From Bacilli bacterium (GTDB taxonomy: Bacteria; Bacillota_I; Bacilli_A; RF39; UBA660), in NCBI GenBank assembly GCA_007117285.1, contig SKGW01000053.1, positions 1-38,675 of the forward strand: a stretch of 38,675 nt of DNA, written 5' to 3'. Below, one piece after another: positions 14,301 through 25,000 of the stretch (positions are counted from its first letter, which is position 1; each line of letters starts with the position of its first letter). The notes beneath the pieces were generated by a model. It saw only the letters and a program-made list of their open reading frames with translations. It was not told where the DNA came from and made no database searches. Made by a program: the position numbers and the translations under genes.

Positions 14301-16061
14301 ATGGAAAAAAAATACATTATAATGCTAAGAATAGCATCGGTTGTACTTATTGTTTTACTGGGAGCAATAGCGTACATTTCACTATCAGTTAATCCAAAAA
14401 GCGTTTTTATTGCATCAATTAATAATACATACACACAAATGTCAAATGTGATGAGCGGATTAAGAGAAAGCAAATTTGCAACACTCTCAAGAGAAAAACC
14501 AGTGTCGCTAATTACTGAAGTTGATTTTGAATTCGGTCATTCAGAAGGTCTTCAAGAACTAGAAATGATCGCAGAAATGCTTGAAGGCTTAGGAATTAAT
14601 TACTCAATTGAGCAAGATTTATTGAATAAAAAATTATATATGGATTTTCGAGCTTTATTTGAAGAAGAGAAAATTTTAGGAGCAAATGTTTTTGCCGAAG
14701 ACGGCGTTACATACTTCTTTATACAAGAATTTTTTGATCATTATGTAGGTGTTGATGATATCGATTTATTTCAAGAAGATGAAACTGATGTAGTTGAGTT
14801 GCTTGATGATGTTGAAATATTAGTTGAAAAGACTAAAACACTATTTTTGAAAAGTTTGAAAAATGATTACTTTTCTTCAGAAAAAACAGATATTACATTA
14901 AATGGAGAGCAAGTATCTGTAACTAGAAATACCTTTGATTTAGATGAAACTAGAATTAAAGAGATGTTGGAATATGTAATTAATGGATTGAAAAAAGATG
15001 AAAAAGCACTTGAATCACTTAAAAACATAGCAAATTATAGTTCGAATGAAAATCTATCAAAAGAAGAAATTATCGAAGGACTTGATGAAGCAATAGCAGA
15101 AATTCCAAATTTAGATTTAGATGGATTTGAAATGTCTTATTCAATCTATGTTAAAGGCCTTTTAAATAAAATAGTTAAACATGATTTCATGATTTCATAC
15201 AATGACTACAATGGAGCACAAACAGTAAACATAATTAACTATAATAGAGATAAAATTAACGTGTTTGAATTTTACAATAATGATGAAATGGTTTTGAGTT
15301 TTGAACTATTAGAAAATGATGAAGAAACATCAAAATTTGGAATATTTGTTTATGAAAATGGTGAACAAATATTTGCAATTGAACTTGAAATGAAATTCAC
15401 AGAAACCGAAATAGAAAAAGATAAGCATTACGAAAGTGAACTTAATTTAAATCTGAAAGTTACAATGGAAGATGATAATATAATTTTTGGAATGAATGCA
15501 ATAACAGAACTGGAAGTACTTGAAAGAATTTATGAACCATCAAGAGGTGTTTTAATAAAATATGATGATATGACAGAAATGCAAATAGAAAACATGGAAC
15601 AAACTTTAGAAGATTTATTTGGCGGAATTGCAGAAATGCTATTCCCTGGAGCTTTTGAAGCAATCGACGACGCTCAAAAAGGAGCTTTTAATGCAACAGG
15701 ATATGGATTGGTAAGAGCAGCAGAAAACGAACATATGAGAAGAGCTTTAGGCGGCGAAACCCTCGAAATTCGCTATGAATTTAAGCTTGATGGTACCAAC
15801 ATGGGAACAAACGGAACAAGTTTAGATTTTAATGGACAACAACCAATTATCGGTTCAATAGTTGTAAAAGAAGATGGACTAGTATATATGGCCGTGTCAG
15901 ATGGAACATATTGCTTGGTGTCAGCAGGAAATAGAGAAGAAGTCTTCACGTATGATGAATATGAATTGATGTCACAATATGCTGTTGATAGTATCTATGA
16001 CTGCACAGTTGAAGGTTTGAACCTTCGATTAAATATTAACAATTTACATTTTGAACGTTAG
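14301..16061 (+). CDS. N-terminally anchored acidic protein ending in a pilin-head-like module (no prepilin leader)
   Basis: One N-terminal hydrophobic helix (IASVVLIVLLGAIAYISLSV) and a long D/E-rich region. The last ~150 aa align by eye with the head domains of the two prepilin proteins (AFNATGYGLVRAAE ... LDFNGQQPIIGSIVV ... SDGTYCLVS). Confidence 0.7.
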   Translation: MEKKYIIMLRIASVVLIVLLGAIAYISLSVNPKSVFIASINNTYTQMSNVMSGLRESKFATLSREKPVSLITEVDFEFGHSEGLQELEMIAEMLEGLGINYSIEQDLLNKKLYMDFRALFEEEKILGANVFAEDGVTYFFIQEFFDHYVGVDDIDLFQEDETDVVELLDDVEILVEKTKTLFLKSLKNDYFSSEKTDITLNGEQVSVTRNTFDLDETRIKEMLEYVINGLKKDEKALESLKNIANYSSNENLSKEEIIEGLDEAIAEIPNLDLDGFEMSYSIYVKGLLNKIVKHDFMISYNDYNGAQTVNIINYNRDKINVFEFYNNDEMVLSFELLENDEETSKFGIFVYENGEQIFAIELEMKFTETEIEKDKHYESELNLNLKVTMEDDNIIFGMNAITELEVLERIYEPSRGVLIKYDDMTEMQIENMEQTLEDLFGGIAEMLFPGAFEAIDDAQKGAFNATGYGLVRAAENEHMRRALGGETLEIRYEFKLDGTNMGTNGTSLDFNGQQPIIGSIVVKEDGLVYMAVSDGTYCLVSAGNREEVFTYDEYELMSQYAVDSIYDCTVEGLNLRLNINNLHFER

Positions 16062-16067
16062 AAATAT

Positions 16068-16110
16068 AAAAACAGTTTTTACTATTTTAGTCAAAATACT
16101 GTTTTTTTTT
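16068..16110 (+). terminator. Intrinsic terminator (long imperfect hairpin plus T9)
   Basis: AAAAACAGT (16068-16076) pairs with ACTGTTTTT (16098-16106). The T-run extends to 16110. Confidence 0.6.
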
Positions 16111-16118
16111 GCTCTTTT

Positions 16119-16127
16119 TGATATAAT
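16119..16127 (+). promoter_or_regulatory. Extended -10 box (TGATATAAT)
   Basis: Located 26 nt upstream of the ATG at 16153. The RBS GAGGAG lies in between. Confidence 0.55.
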
Positions 16128-16152
16128 TTAATTAGTTTGAGGAGAGTTTTTT

Positions 16153-17547
16153 ATGAAAAAATACGATTTTATTATAGTTGGTGCAGGACCTAGTGGAATA
16201 TTCACTGCCTTTGAATTGCTTAAAAACGAAAAAAATCTAAAAATTTTAATGATTGAAAAAGGTAGATCAATAAAAAAAAGAATCTGTCCCAAAAGAACAA
16301 ATCACAGTTGCGTAAATTGCGTACCGTGTAATATTACTACAGGATTTTCTGGTGCTGGAGCATTTTCAGATGGAAAATTAAGCATTAATGAACACGGCGA
16401 AGTAGGTGGCAACTTAATTGATTATTTAGGAAAAAAAGAATTTGGAGAAATTTTGAAATATACAGATGATATTTATATAAATTTTGGAGCTGATCAAAAA
16501 GTATACGGACTTGAACGTAACGGTGAATCAGAATTAATTAGAAAGCGAGCAATCGAGTGCAACTTAAAACTAATTGAATCTGGTGTTAGGCACTTAGGAA
16601 CTGAAAAAGCTTTTGAAATTTATACAAAACTTCAAGAATACCTAACTGAAAAAGGTGTTGAAATTTTATTTGAAACACCCGTAACAGAGTTCATTATTGA
16701 AGAAAACATTGCAAAAGGTGTTGAGACTAAAGATTCAAAATATTATGCAGATAAAATAGTTGTAAGTGCAGGTCGTGAGGGCTGTTCATGGTTAAACCAT
16801 ATGTGCTCTAAAAATAAAATCAAAACAGAATCTGGTGTTGTTGATATTGGTGTTCGTGTTGAATGTGACAGTACAATAACTCAAAAAGTTGATGAAGTAA
16901 GTTATGAAAGTAAATTAATTAACTACACAAAAACATTTGACGATAAAGTAAGAACCTTTTGTTGGAATCCAAGAGGTGAAGTGAGCGAAGAACGATATGA
17001 TAAAAACTTAGCGCTTGCAAACGGTCACAGTTATAAAGACGAAAAGCTCAAAACTCACAATACAAATTTAGCATTGCTAGTTTCTAAAAAATTTACAGAA
17101 CCATTTAAAACACCTATTGAATATGGAAGACATATTGCTAGATTAGCAAATATGCTTTCTGGGGGCAAAGTTTTAGTTCAAACTTATGGAGATTTTAAAA
17201 GAGGCAGAAGAACTACACAACAAAGACTCGATAGAAATAATACACAACCAACTTTAAAAGATGCTGTTGCTGGGGATTTAAGCCTAGTACTACCATATAG
17301 AATTATGTTGGATATAAAAGAAACAATTGAAGCTTTGGATCACTTGATGCCAGGATTTGCTGGAGATGGAACATTAATATATGGTGTTGAAGTAAAATTT
17401 TATTCAAATAAAATAAAATTAAGCAAAAACTTTGAAACAAGCATAAAAAACTTATACGCACTAGGCGATGGAGCAGGAATAACTAGAGGTTTGATGCAAG
17501 CCAGTATGAATGGTGTAGCATTTGCAAGAAATTTAAAAAGCAACTAA
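16153..17547 (+). CDS. FAD-dependent oxidoreductase-like protein
   Basis: N-terminal dinucleotide-binding motif YDFIIVGAGPSGIF. Cys cluster CPKRTNHSCVNCVPC. C-terminal LYALGDGAGITRG. Confidence 0.75.
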   Translation: MKKYDFIIVGAGPSGIFTAFELLKNEKNLKILMIEKGRSIKKRICPKRTNHSCVNCVPCNITTGFSGAGAFSDGKLSINEHGEVGGNLIDYLGKKEFGEILKYTDDIYINFGADQKVYGLERNGESELIRKRAIECNLKLIESGVRHLGTEKAFEIYTKLQEYLTEKGVEILFETPVTEFIIEENIAKGVETKDSKYYADKIVVSAGREGCSWLNHMCSKNKIKTESGVVDIGVRVECDSTITQKVDEVSYESKLINYTKTFDDKVRTFCWNPRGEVSEERYDKNLALANGHSYKDEKLKTHNTNLALLVSKKFTEPFKTPIEYGRHIARLANMLSGGKVLVQTYGDFKRGRRTTQQRLDRNNTQPTLKDAVAGDLSLVLPYRIMLDIKETIEALDHLMPGFAGDGTLIYGVEVKFYSNKIKLSKNFETSIKNLYALGDGAGITRGLMQASMNGVAFARNLKSN

Positions 17548-17556
17548 TTAGTTACT
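17539..17556. terminator. Imperfect palindrome around CTAATTAG between convergent genes (weak bidirectional terminator candidate)
   Basis: AACTAATTAGTT (17542-17553) is a perfect palindrome flanked by an A-run and a T-run. It contains the + strand TAA stop. The convergent pgm-like gene stops 17 nt further on. Confidence 0.35.
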
Positions 17557-17564
17557 TTTTTCTG

Positions 17565-18914
17565 TTAATTTATCAATTTTTCAATGTTTTCCGACCATTT
17601 TCTTCTAATTTCTTCTAATTTTTCATTAGAAACAGCCTCAAATCGCGCTGTAAGGTTAGGTCCAGTATTAGAAGCTCTAATTAATGCAAAACCATCTTCA
17701 TAAATAATTTTACACCCATCCAATGTAATAACATCAAGTCCTTCTTTTTCAGCAACCTCTTTAATTTTTTCAATAACTGAAAATTTAATTGAATCTTCGG
17801 TTTTGAACTTTAACTCCTCGGTTGAATAGTAATTGTTAATTCCTTTCAAAAGAGAACTAACAGGAACTTTTTTTCTACTAATAATTTCCATTAATCTAAG
17901 CGAAGCATATATTCCATCGTCATAACCCAAAAATTTATCATTAAAAAATATATGTCCGGAAAATTCTCCTCCAAAAAGGATGTTTTCCTTTGAAATTGCT
18001 GATCTCAAATATGAATTTCCAGTTCTTGACAAAACAGGAATACCTCCCAATTTGTTAATTTCATCTTCTAGTGCCTTAGAACACTTAACATCAAATAAAA
18101 TTCTTTTATCTTTAATTTTTTCTAAAATGTCTCGAATAACAATAATCATTAATTTATCGGGCTCGATAATATTTCCCAATTCATCGACCATGCCAATTCG
18201 ATCAGCGTCTCCATCTAGAGCAAAGCCAACATCAGCACCTGTTTCAAGCACCTTATCAGATAAATCTTTTAAATTCTCCGGTACGCTTGGGTCAGGGTGG
18301 TGGTTTGGAAAAGAAGGATCTGATTCAAAAAACAAAGGCGTATATTTGATTGGTAATCTTTTTAAAATATCTTCGATAACAATTGAACCGCTACCATTTC
18401 CAACATCAAAGACCACATCTAAATTACCGATTTCAACATCTTTAAGAAGAAAATCCATGTAATGCTCTTTTATATCAACCTTTTTACAAGTTCCTTTTCC
18501 AGAGTTGAAATTTTTACTTTTAATAAGTTCTTTAAAATCTTGGATTTCTTGTCCGTGAGAATTATATTGGCCGTTAAAAGAAAACTTAAAACCATTATAC
18601 TCCTTTGGATTGTGAGAAGCGGTAATCATAATACCTGATTTTGATTTAAAAAAATGCCAAGAAAAATAATACATCGGAGTTGTAACAAGTCCTAAATTAA
18701 TTACATCAATTCCGCTGTCCATAATACCCTTGCTTAAAGCAGCAAAAAGATTTTCTGATGAATCGCGATTATCATAGCCAATAGTAGTAAACTCCTGTCC
18801 ATCATTGCCAATCCACGTGCCAAAAGCACGCCCTAAGTTATAGGCCATATCCTCATTTACTTGACTTGGATATACGCCTCTAATATCATAAGCTCTAAAA
18901 ATTGTTTCATCCAT
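17565..18914 (-). CDS. Phosphomannomutase/phosphoglucomutase (alpha-D-phosphohexomutase family)
   Basis: ITASHNPKEYNGFKF (active-site Ser loop), FALDGDADRIGMVD (metal loop), GGEFSGHIFF. The start is taken as ATG 18914 with a GGGTGA RBS. The GTG used by the track lies inside that RBS. Confidence 0.9.
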   Translation of the reverse strand: MDETIFRAYDIRGVYPSQVNEDMAYNLGRAFGTWIGNDGQEFTTIGYDNRDSSENLFAALSKGIMDSGIDVINLGLVTTPMYYFSWHFFKSKSGIMITASHNPKEYNGFKFSFNGQYNSHGQEIQDFKELIKSKNFNSGKGTCKKVDIKEHYMDFLLKDVEIGNLDVVFDVGNGSGSIVIEDILKRLPIKYTPLFFESDPSFPNHHPDPSVPENLKDLSDKVLETGADVGFALDGDADRIGMVDELGNIIEPDKLMIIVIRDILEKIKDKRILFDVKCSKALEDEINKLGGIPVLSRTGNSYLRSAISKENILFGGEFSGHIFFNDKFLGYDDGIYASLRLMEIISRKKVPVSSLLKGINNYYSTEELKFKTEDSIKFSVIEKIKEVAEKEGLDVITLDGCKIIYEDGFALIRASNTGPNLTARFEAVSNEKLEEIRRKWSENIEKLIN

Positions 18915-18930
18915 AGTATCACCCAAACAA

Positions 18931-18939
18931 ATTATAACA
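18931..18939 (-). promoter_or_regulatory. Extended -10 box (TGTTATAAT) for the phosphohexomutase gene
   Basis: The reverse complement of 18931-18939 is TGTTATAAT, about 17 nt upstream of the ATG. Implies a short leader. Confidence 0.5.
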
Positions 18940-18948
18940 TATAATTGT

Positions 18949-18977
18949 TTGAAAAATTAGACTAAACTGTGTATAAT
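18949..18977 (+). promoter_or_regulatory. Sigma-A-type promoter of the glucan synthase gene
   Basis: TTGAAA (18949-18954), a 17-nt spacer, TATAAT (18972-18977). GGAGG at 18995-18999 and ATG at 19005. Confidence 0.65.
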
Positions 18978-19004
18978 GTAAATGTATGTAACGTGGAGGT
19001 AATT

Positions 19005-22000
19005 ATGAAAAACACATCGATTAGAAATGTTAGAAAAAACATGAAATTTATTACAAATTATTATAAAAAACTAACAACTTATACCAAACAAACAAAAAGT
19101 GTCGGTAGTATAAACGAATGGATCGTTGATAATTACTACTTATTGAGTGAGCAAGAACAAACGATAAATCACGAATTAAGTAGTTTAAAAATACTTCAAA
19201 TTAAACCAAAGCGAAAGCAATATCTAGACAACTTAATTTGTTCATATTTAGAACAAGAGAATTTTCGATTAGATACAAACTTGCTATTTAAGTTTCTTAA
19301 TAATTATCAATTAGAAAATGATGATTTTTTTACGTATGATGAAATTGATTACATAAATAGTTCTATAAAATGTAACATAATTTCAAAATTAAGAATTTTA
19401 AGCGAAAAATTAAAATATAAATTTTTAGAAAAAGAAAAAATAGATCAATGTTTCAAAAAAATATCTAGCCAACTCGAGAAGGACAGCGAAGCAAGCATAG
19501 ATAACTGCCTACCAATAGATAAATCATTAATTGGTTCTCATTTTAAAATACTTGAGATTAACCACAGACTAAACAGCTTGGGCGAAAGATCAGAAGAAAT
19601 ATTTGTTAAGTTAAACGAGTTATTGATTTCTAACAATACCTCATTAAAAGAAATAATTAACGTAGAGCATGATGAAAGATCAAATGAAAACATACTAATG
19701 GTAAACTTAATTTCATCTTTTAAAGTTGCTATCAAATTTAAGTTAGAAGACTTGTATGCCAAAATAAGCTATGTTGAAAAAGCTTTAATTAACGAAAAAG
19801 CAGAAGTTTATGACACAATGTATGAAGTTTCAAAAATAGAGTATAGAAGTGAAATAAAAAAACAAGTAAAAAAGAAAAAAATAAGCGAGTACGAATTCGC
19901 TAAAAATTTGTTGGAAAAAGCGGGCGAGGAGCACGTTGGTTTTCACCTTTTTAAAAAGAAAAGATATAAAGCGCGAGCATATTTGTATGTGACGGCTGTT
20001 TTTTTAGTCGCTCTTTTTGTTAATTATGCGATATATATTGAATTGGGACTTTTAGCATTCATTCTTTTCCTATTACCAATGATAGGATTTTCGGTTGAAG
20101 TTATAACGCAAATTTTAATGAAAAATGTTGATACTCAAACGTTATTTAGAATAAAACTGGAAAATCATCTTCCTCAGAAGTACAGTACAATGGTTGTTAT
20201 TCCAACTATCTTAAAAGATCCAGACAAAGTAAATCAAATGTTTGATAACTTAGAGTTGTATTATTTATCAAACAGAGCACAAAATTTATATTTTTGTTTG
20301 CTTGGCGATGTTACTAGTGAATCAACTGCTAAAACAAAAATGGATGATAAAATTTTAAATGCTGGTCTTGAACGAGCAAGAAAGTTAAATGAAACATACG
20401 GTAAAAATATTTTTCATTTTGCTTATCGTAATCGTTTTTTCAATCCAAAAGAGGGATCGTTTTTAGGATACGAGAGAAAAAGAGGAGCACTCCACCATTT
20501 CAATCAGGCCCTATTGGGGAAATTATCTTTATCAGATCAAGAAAAATATTTTAAAGGGCATACGCTAGCTCCTTTAGAGGGGAAAATCAAGTATATAATA
20601 ACACTTGATGCCGACACAAAATTACTATTAAACACAGCATTAAAATTAATAGGAACAATGGTTCATCCAATGAATAAACCAATTCTTTCTGATGATGGAA
20701 GAAAAGTAGTAAAAGGTCATGCAATAATGCAACCGCGAGTCAGTATAGATGTCGAAGTAACAAATATATCAGAATACTCTCAATTGTTTGCTGGACTTGG
20801 TGGACTCGATATTTATTCAACAAAGCAATTTGATTTATATCAAGATGTTTTTGGTGAAGGAAGTTTTACAGGAAAAGGGATTTACGATTTAGAAATTTTT
20901 GATAAAGTTTTAGGAGATACTTTTCCAGAAAATTTAATCTTAAGCCACGACCTTTTAGAAGGTAATTACCTTCGTTGTGGATATATAAGCGATGTTGAAT
21001 TATTTGATGGATTTCCTTCAAAATATTTAAATGATGCAATGCGTCATCATAGATGGACTAGAGGAGATTGGCAGATAATTGGTTGGCTTAAAAAATATGT
21101 TAAAGATCATAAAAATGATTTAGCATTGAATCCTTTAAATTTAATAAGTCGATGGAAAATATTTGATAACTTAAGAAGAAGTTTAAGAAGTCCATTATTA
21201 TTTCTTATTGTTTTATTTGGGTTTGCATTAACTGATCGACCGACATTAGTTATGGGAATTGTTTTTATAATAATTGCTGTTCCTATTTTCTTCTACCTAT
21301 TGCATCAATTACTAGCAAGACAAAAATATGATATTTTACTTAGATACTATATGAGAATAATATGGGGATTAATGGCTGTTATTGCAAAATCTTTATTAGT
21401 TTTTGCACTACTTCCATACGAGGCCTTCCTATACATGAACGCAATTGTAAAAGCTTGTTATCGCATGCTTGTGAGTAAGAAAAACTTGTTAAACTGGGTT
21501 ACTTCTGAAGAAGTTGAGGCAACAGCAAAAAATACGCTAGGAAATTACTTTAAAAATTTCAAAGTTAATTACGTTGCAGCAATAGCAATTCTTTACTTTG
21601 CTAAAGATTTATCGATGGAGCATGTGTTTTTATCATACTTAGTAGCATTTATATGGTTAATTGCTCCGTTTTTGATGTACTTTGTTAGTAGAGATATTAA
21701 AAACGAACAAGAACAACCAGGAAAGAGAATGGAAAGCGATGTTCGTGAAATAGCACAACAAACTTGGGCTTATTTTGATAAAACATTAACAAAAGAAAAC
21801 AATTTCTTAGTTCCTGATAACTTTCAATTAAATAGAAATCAAAAATTTGATTCTAGAACCTCACCTACAAATATAGCATTTTCATTAACGGCTGTAATTT
21901 CAGCTTTTGAATTAAAATTAATAAGTAAAAACAGTGCTATAGATAAGATTAATAATATAATTAAAAACGTTGAATCTTTGAAAAAATGGAATGGACATTT

Positions 22001-25000
22001 ATACAATTGGTATGATATTAAAACAAAAAAAGAACTTCCACCACATTTTATTTCAACAGCTGATAGTGGAAACTTCATTTCGACTTTATATGTGGTAAAA
22101 GGATTTTTGAGTAAATGTTCTGGTTACAACTCTTTGAAGTATAGAATTCAAAAACTAATTGATAAAACAGACTTTTCAAAACTATATAACGAAGAAGGCG
22201 ATGTATTTAGTATTGGTTATGTAGTTAACGAAGGAACTTTGGTTCCGTATAACTATAATAACTTTTTATCAGAAGCGAGACTTGCTAGTTTTGTAGCTAT
22301 TGCAAAAGGTGATGTTCCTTTTAAACACTGGTTTAGATTGGATAAAACTTTGACAAAGCATAAATGGTATAAAGGAGTAGTTTCTTGGTCGGGAACGATG
22401 TTTGAATACTACATGCCACTTATTTTCATGAAAACATTTGAACACACATTACTTGATGAGACATATGCTTTTGCTTATTACGCTCAAAAAGAATTTGTTA
22501 ATGAAGTAAGTTCAAAAATACCTTGGGGTATTACTGAGTCAGCATACAATGAATTAGATGATTCGCAAAATTACAAGTATAAAGCATTTGGAATTCCTTA
22601 TTTGAAATTCCACGATAGTGAAATACCACAAATAGTAATATCACCATACGGTTCGATTATGGCTTTGACTAAATATCCGGTTGAAGTTTATAACAATATT
22701 AAAAAAATGAAAAAAATTGGTATGCAAGGTGAGTTCGGACTTTACGAGGCCTATGACCACGAAGATGGAGCTATAGTTAAAGCTTACTACGCTCACCATC
22801 AAGGAATGATTTTAACAAGTATAACTAATTATTTAAAAAACAATATAATCCAAGAGTATTTTCATGCCGACAAAAATATACAATCAGTTGAAATACTTTT
22901 AAAAGAAAAAGTTCAAATCAGAACATATATTGATTTGAAAATAGCTAGATATAAAAAATACAATTATAAGAGAGATGTTATCGATAGTGATATGCGAGAA
23001 CAGGAAGGAATTATGCCAATTCCTGAGGTTGGGGTATTATCAAATGGATTTTATTCAACTTTCATAAATGATCGAGGAATAGGATTCAGCAAATATAAAA
23101 ACTTACAAATAAATAGATACAGAAAAATAACTGATGAAAATCATGGATTGTTTGTTTATATTAAAAACACAAAAACTAATAAAATTTATCCTAACACTTA
23201 CAGTCCATCTTGCACGGAGCCCGATCACTATCATGTTGTCTTTGCATCGGATAGAATAAAATTTGTTCGTGAAGATGAAGATCTTATAACAACAACTGAA
23301 ATTACAGTTGCTAAGGATCATAATGCAGAAATTAGAAAAATCAAAGTTGAAAATACTTCACAAGAAAGCGTTGAGTTAGAATTAACTTCATATGGTGAAG
23401 TGATAATGGCTCGTCCTGAAGAAGACATAGCACACCCTGTTTTTAATAACGTTACAATTAAAGCTGAGATTGATGAAGTTACTTCCTCTTTAATGTTCTC
23501 AAGACGTTCAAGAACAAAAGAAAACACAAAATATTTTGTTATTAATCGCTTTTTTGCAGAAGAAGATGACGGTGTTTTTGAGTATGAAACTTCAAGAATG
23601 AATTTCTTAGGAAGAAACAACACAACTCTTAATCCAAGTAAAATAGTTAAAAATGAATCATTATCATCAGATTGCACACAACTATTAGAACCGATAATGA
23701 GTATTAGAAAAAAAATAACATTAAAACCAAACTCTAAAAAAACTTTATACTTACTTGTTGGATTTGGTAAATCTAGACAACAAGTTATGGAAATTGTTAA
23801 TGCTTACAACAATGATAAAAAAATTGAAGCAGCCTTTGATAAGGCCACTGTTTTAAACAATATGCGTAATAGGTATGCTGGTCTAAGCGGAATTGAAACT
23901 AGAGCTTACAATAGCCTCTTAAAATACGTCTACCAGCCAACTTATGAAGCAGGAAGATCTAATTTACTAAGAACTAATATTTTAACGCAACAAAACTTGT
24001 GGAAATTTGGAGTTTCGGGAGATCTTCCAATTATAGTCGTTGATGTTTTTAGTGCTGAGAATTCAGGGTTTATAAAAGATATACTTAGAGCATATGAGTT
24101 TTATAAAAGCAGAGCAATTTATATCGACATAATTATTATAAACAATGAAATTGATGAGAAAAAAGAAATTGTAAATAAATATGTTGAAAGATTACTTTAT
24201 CGAATTAACAATTTAAATTATTTCGAGGACTCTCCTGGTAGTGTCAAAGTAGTAAGTGATATTACCGAAGAAGAGAGAACTCTTCTAAAAATGGTATCCA
24301 GCTTATACTTTGATGGATCTCAGAGAAAACCTTTAACGGATCAAATATATGAAATGGAAGCTACAAAAACTTCAATTTCTAGACTTTGTTTCAAAAAAGA
24401 TATGATTCCATTGGGAAATAAAAATTCAAATGAGTACGGAAAATTTAGTGAAGATGGAAAAGAATTTACAATAAAAACAATGGATACACCAATGCCGTGG
24501 TCAAATGTTATTGCAAACGAAGAATTTGGTAGTGTTATTACTAATAACTTCGGTGGTTTTACATATGCTCATAACAGTAGAGAGTTTAAGTTAACTTCTT
24601 GGAGCAATGATCCAGTGGTTGATCCACCTAGTGAATCAATTTTCATAGACGGACTTAGATTAGTTCCGAGTGAAGTAGTTCATGGATTTGGATATTCTAA
24701 ATTTATTACGAAAACAGAAAATTATGATATTGAAACTACTGTTTTTGTTCCAACTAATGATAATGTCAAAATATATGATGTTTTAATTAAATCCAAAAAT
24801 AGAAAAAGATGCTTGGTGGAATTCGATATTAAACCGGTATTGGGAGTTAGCGAAGAAACTACAAACAAATATATTTTATCGGAATTTGATCCAGTGCATA
24901 ATTGTTTATTTATGAGGAATACATATAGTAAAATTTTCAAAAATGAAAAAGTCTTTGTTAGTAGTTCAAAAGATATAAGTAGTTGTAATCTGGAGGATAT

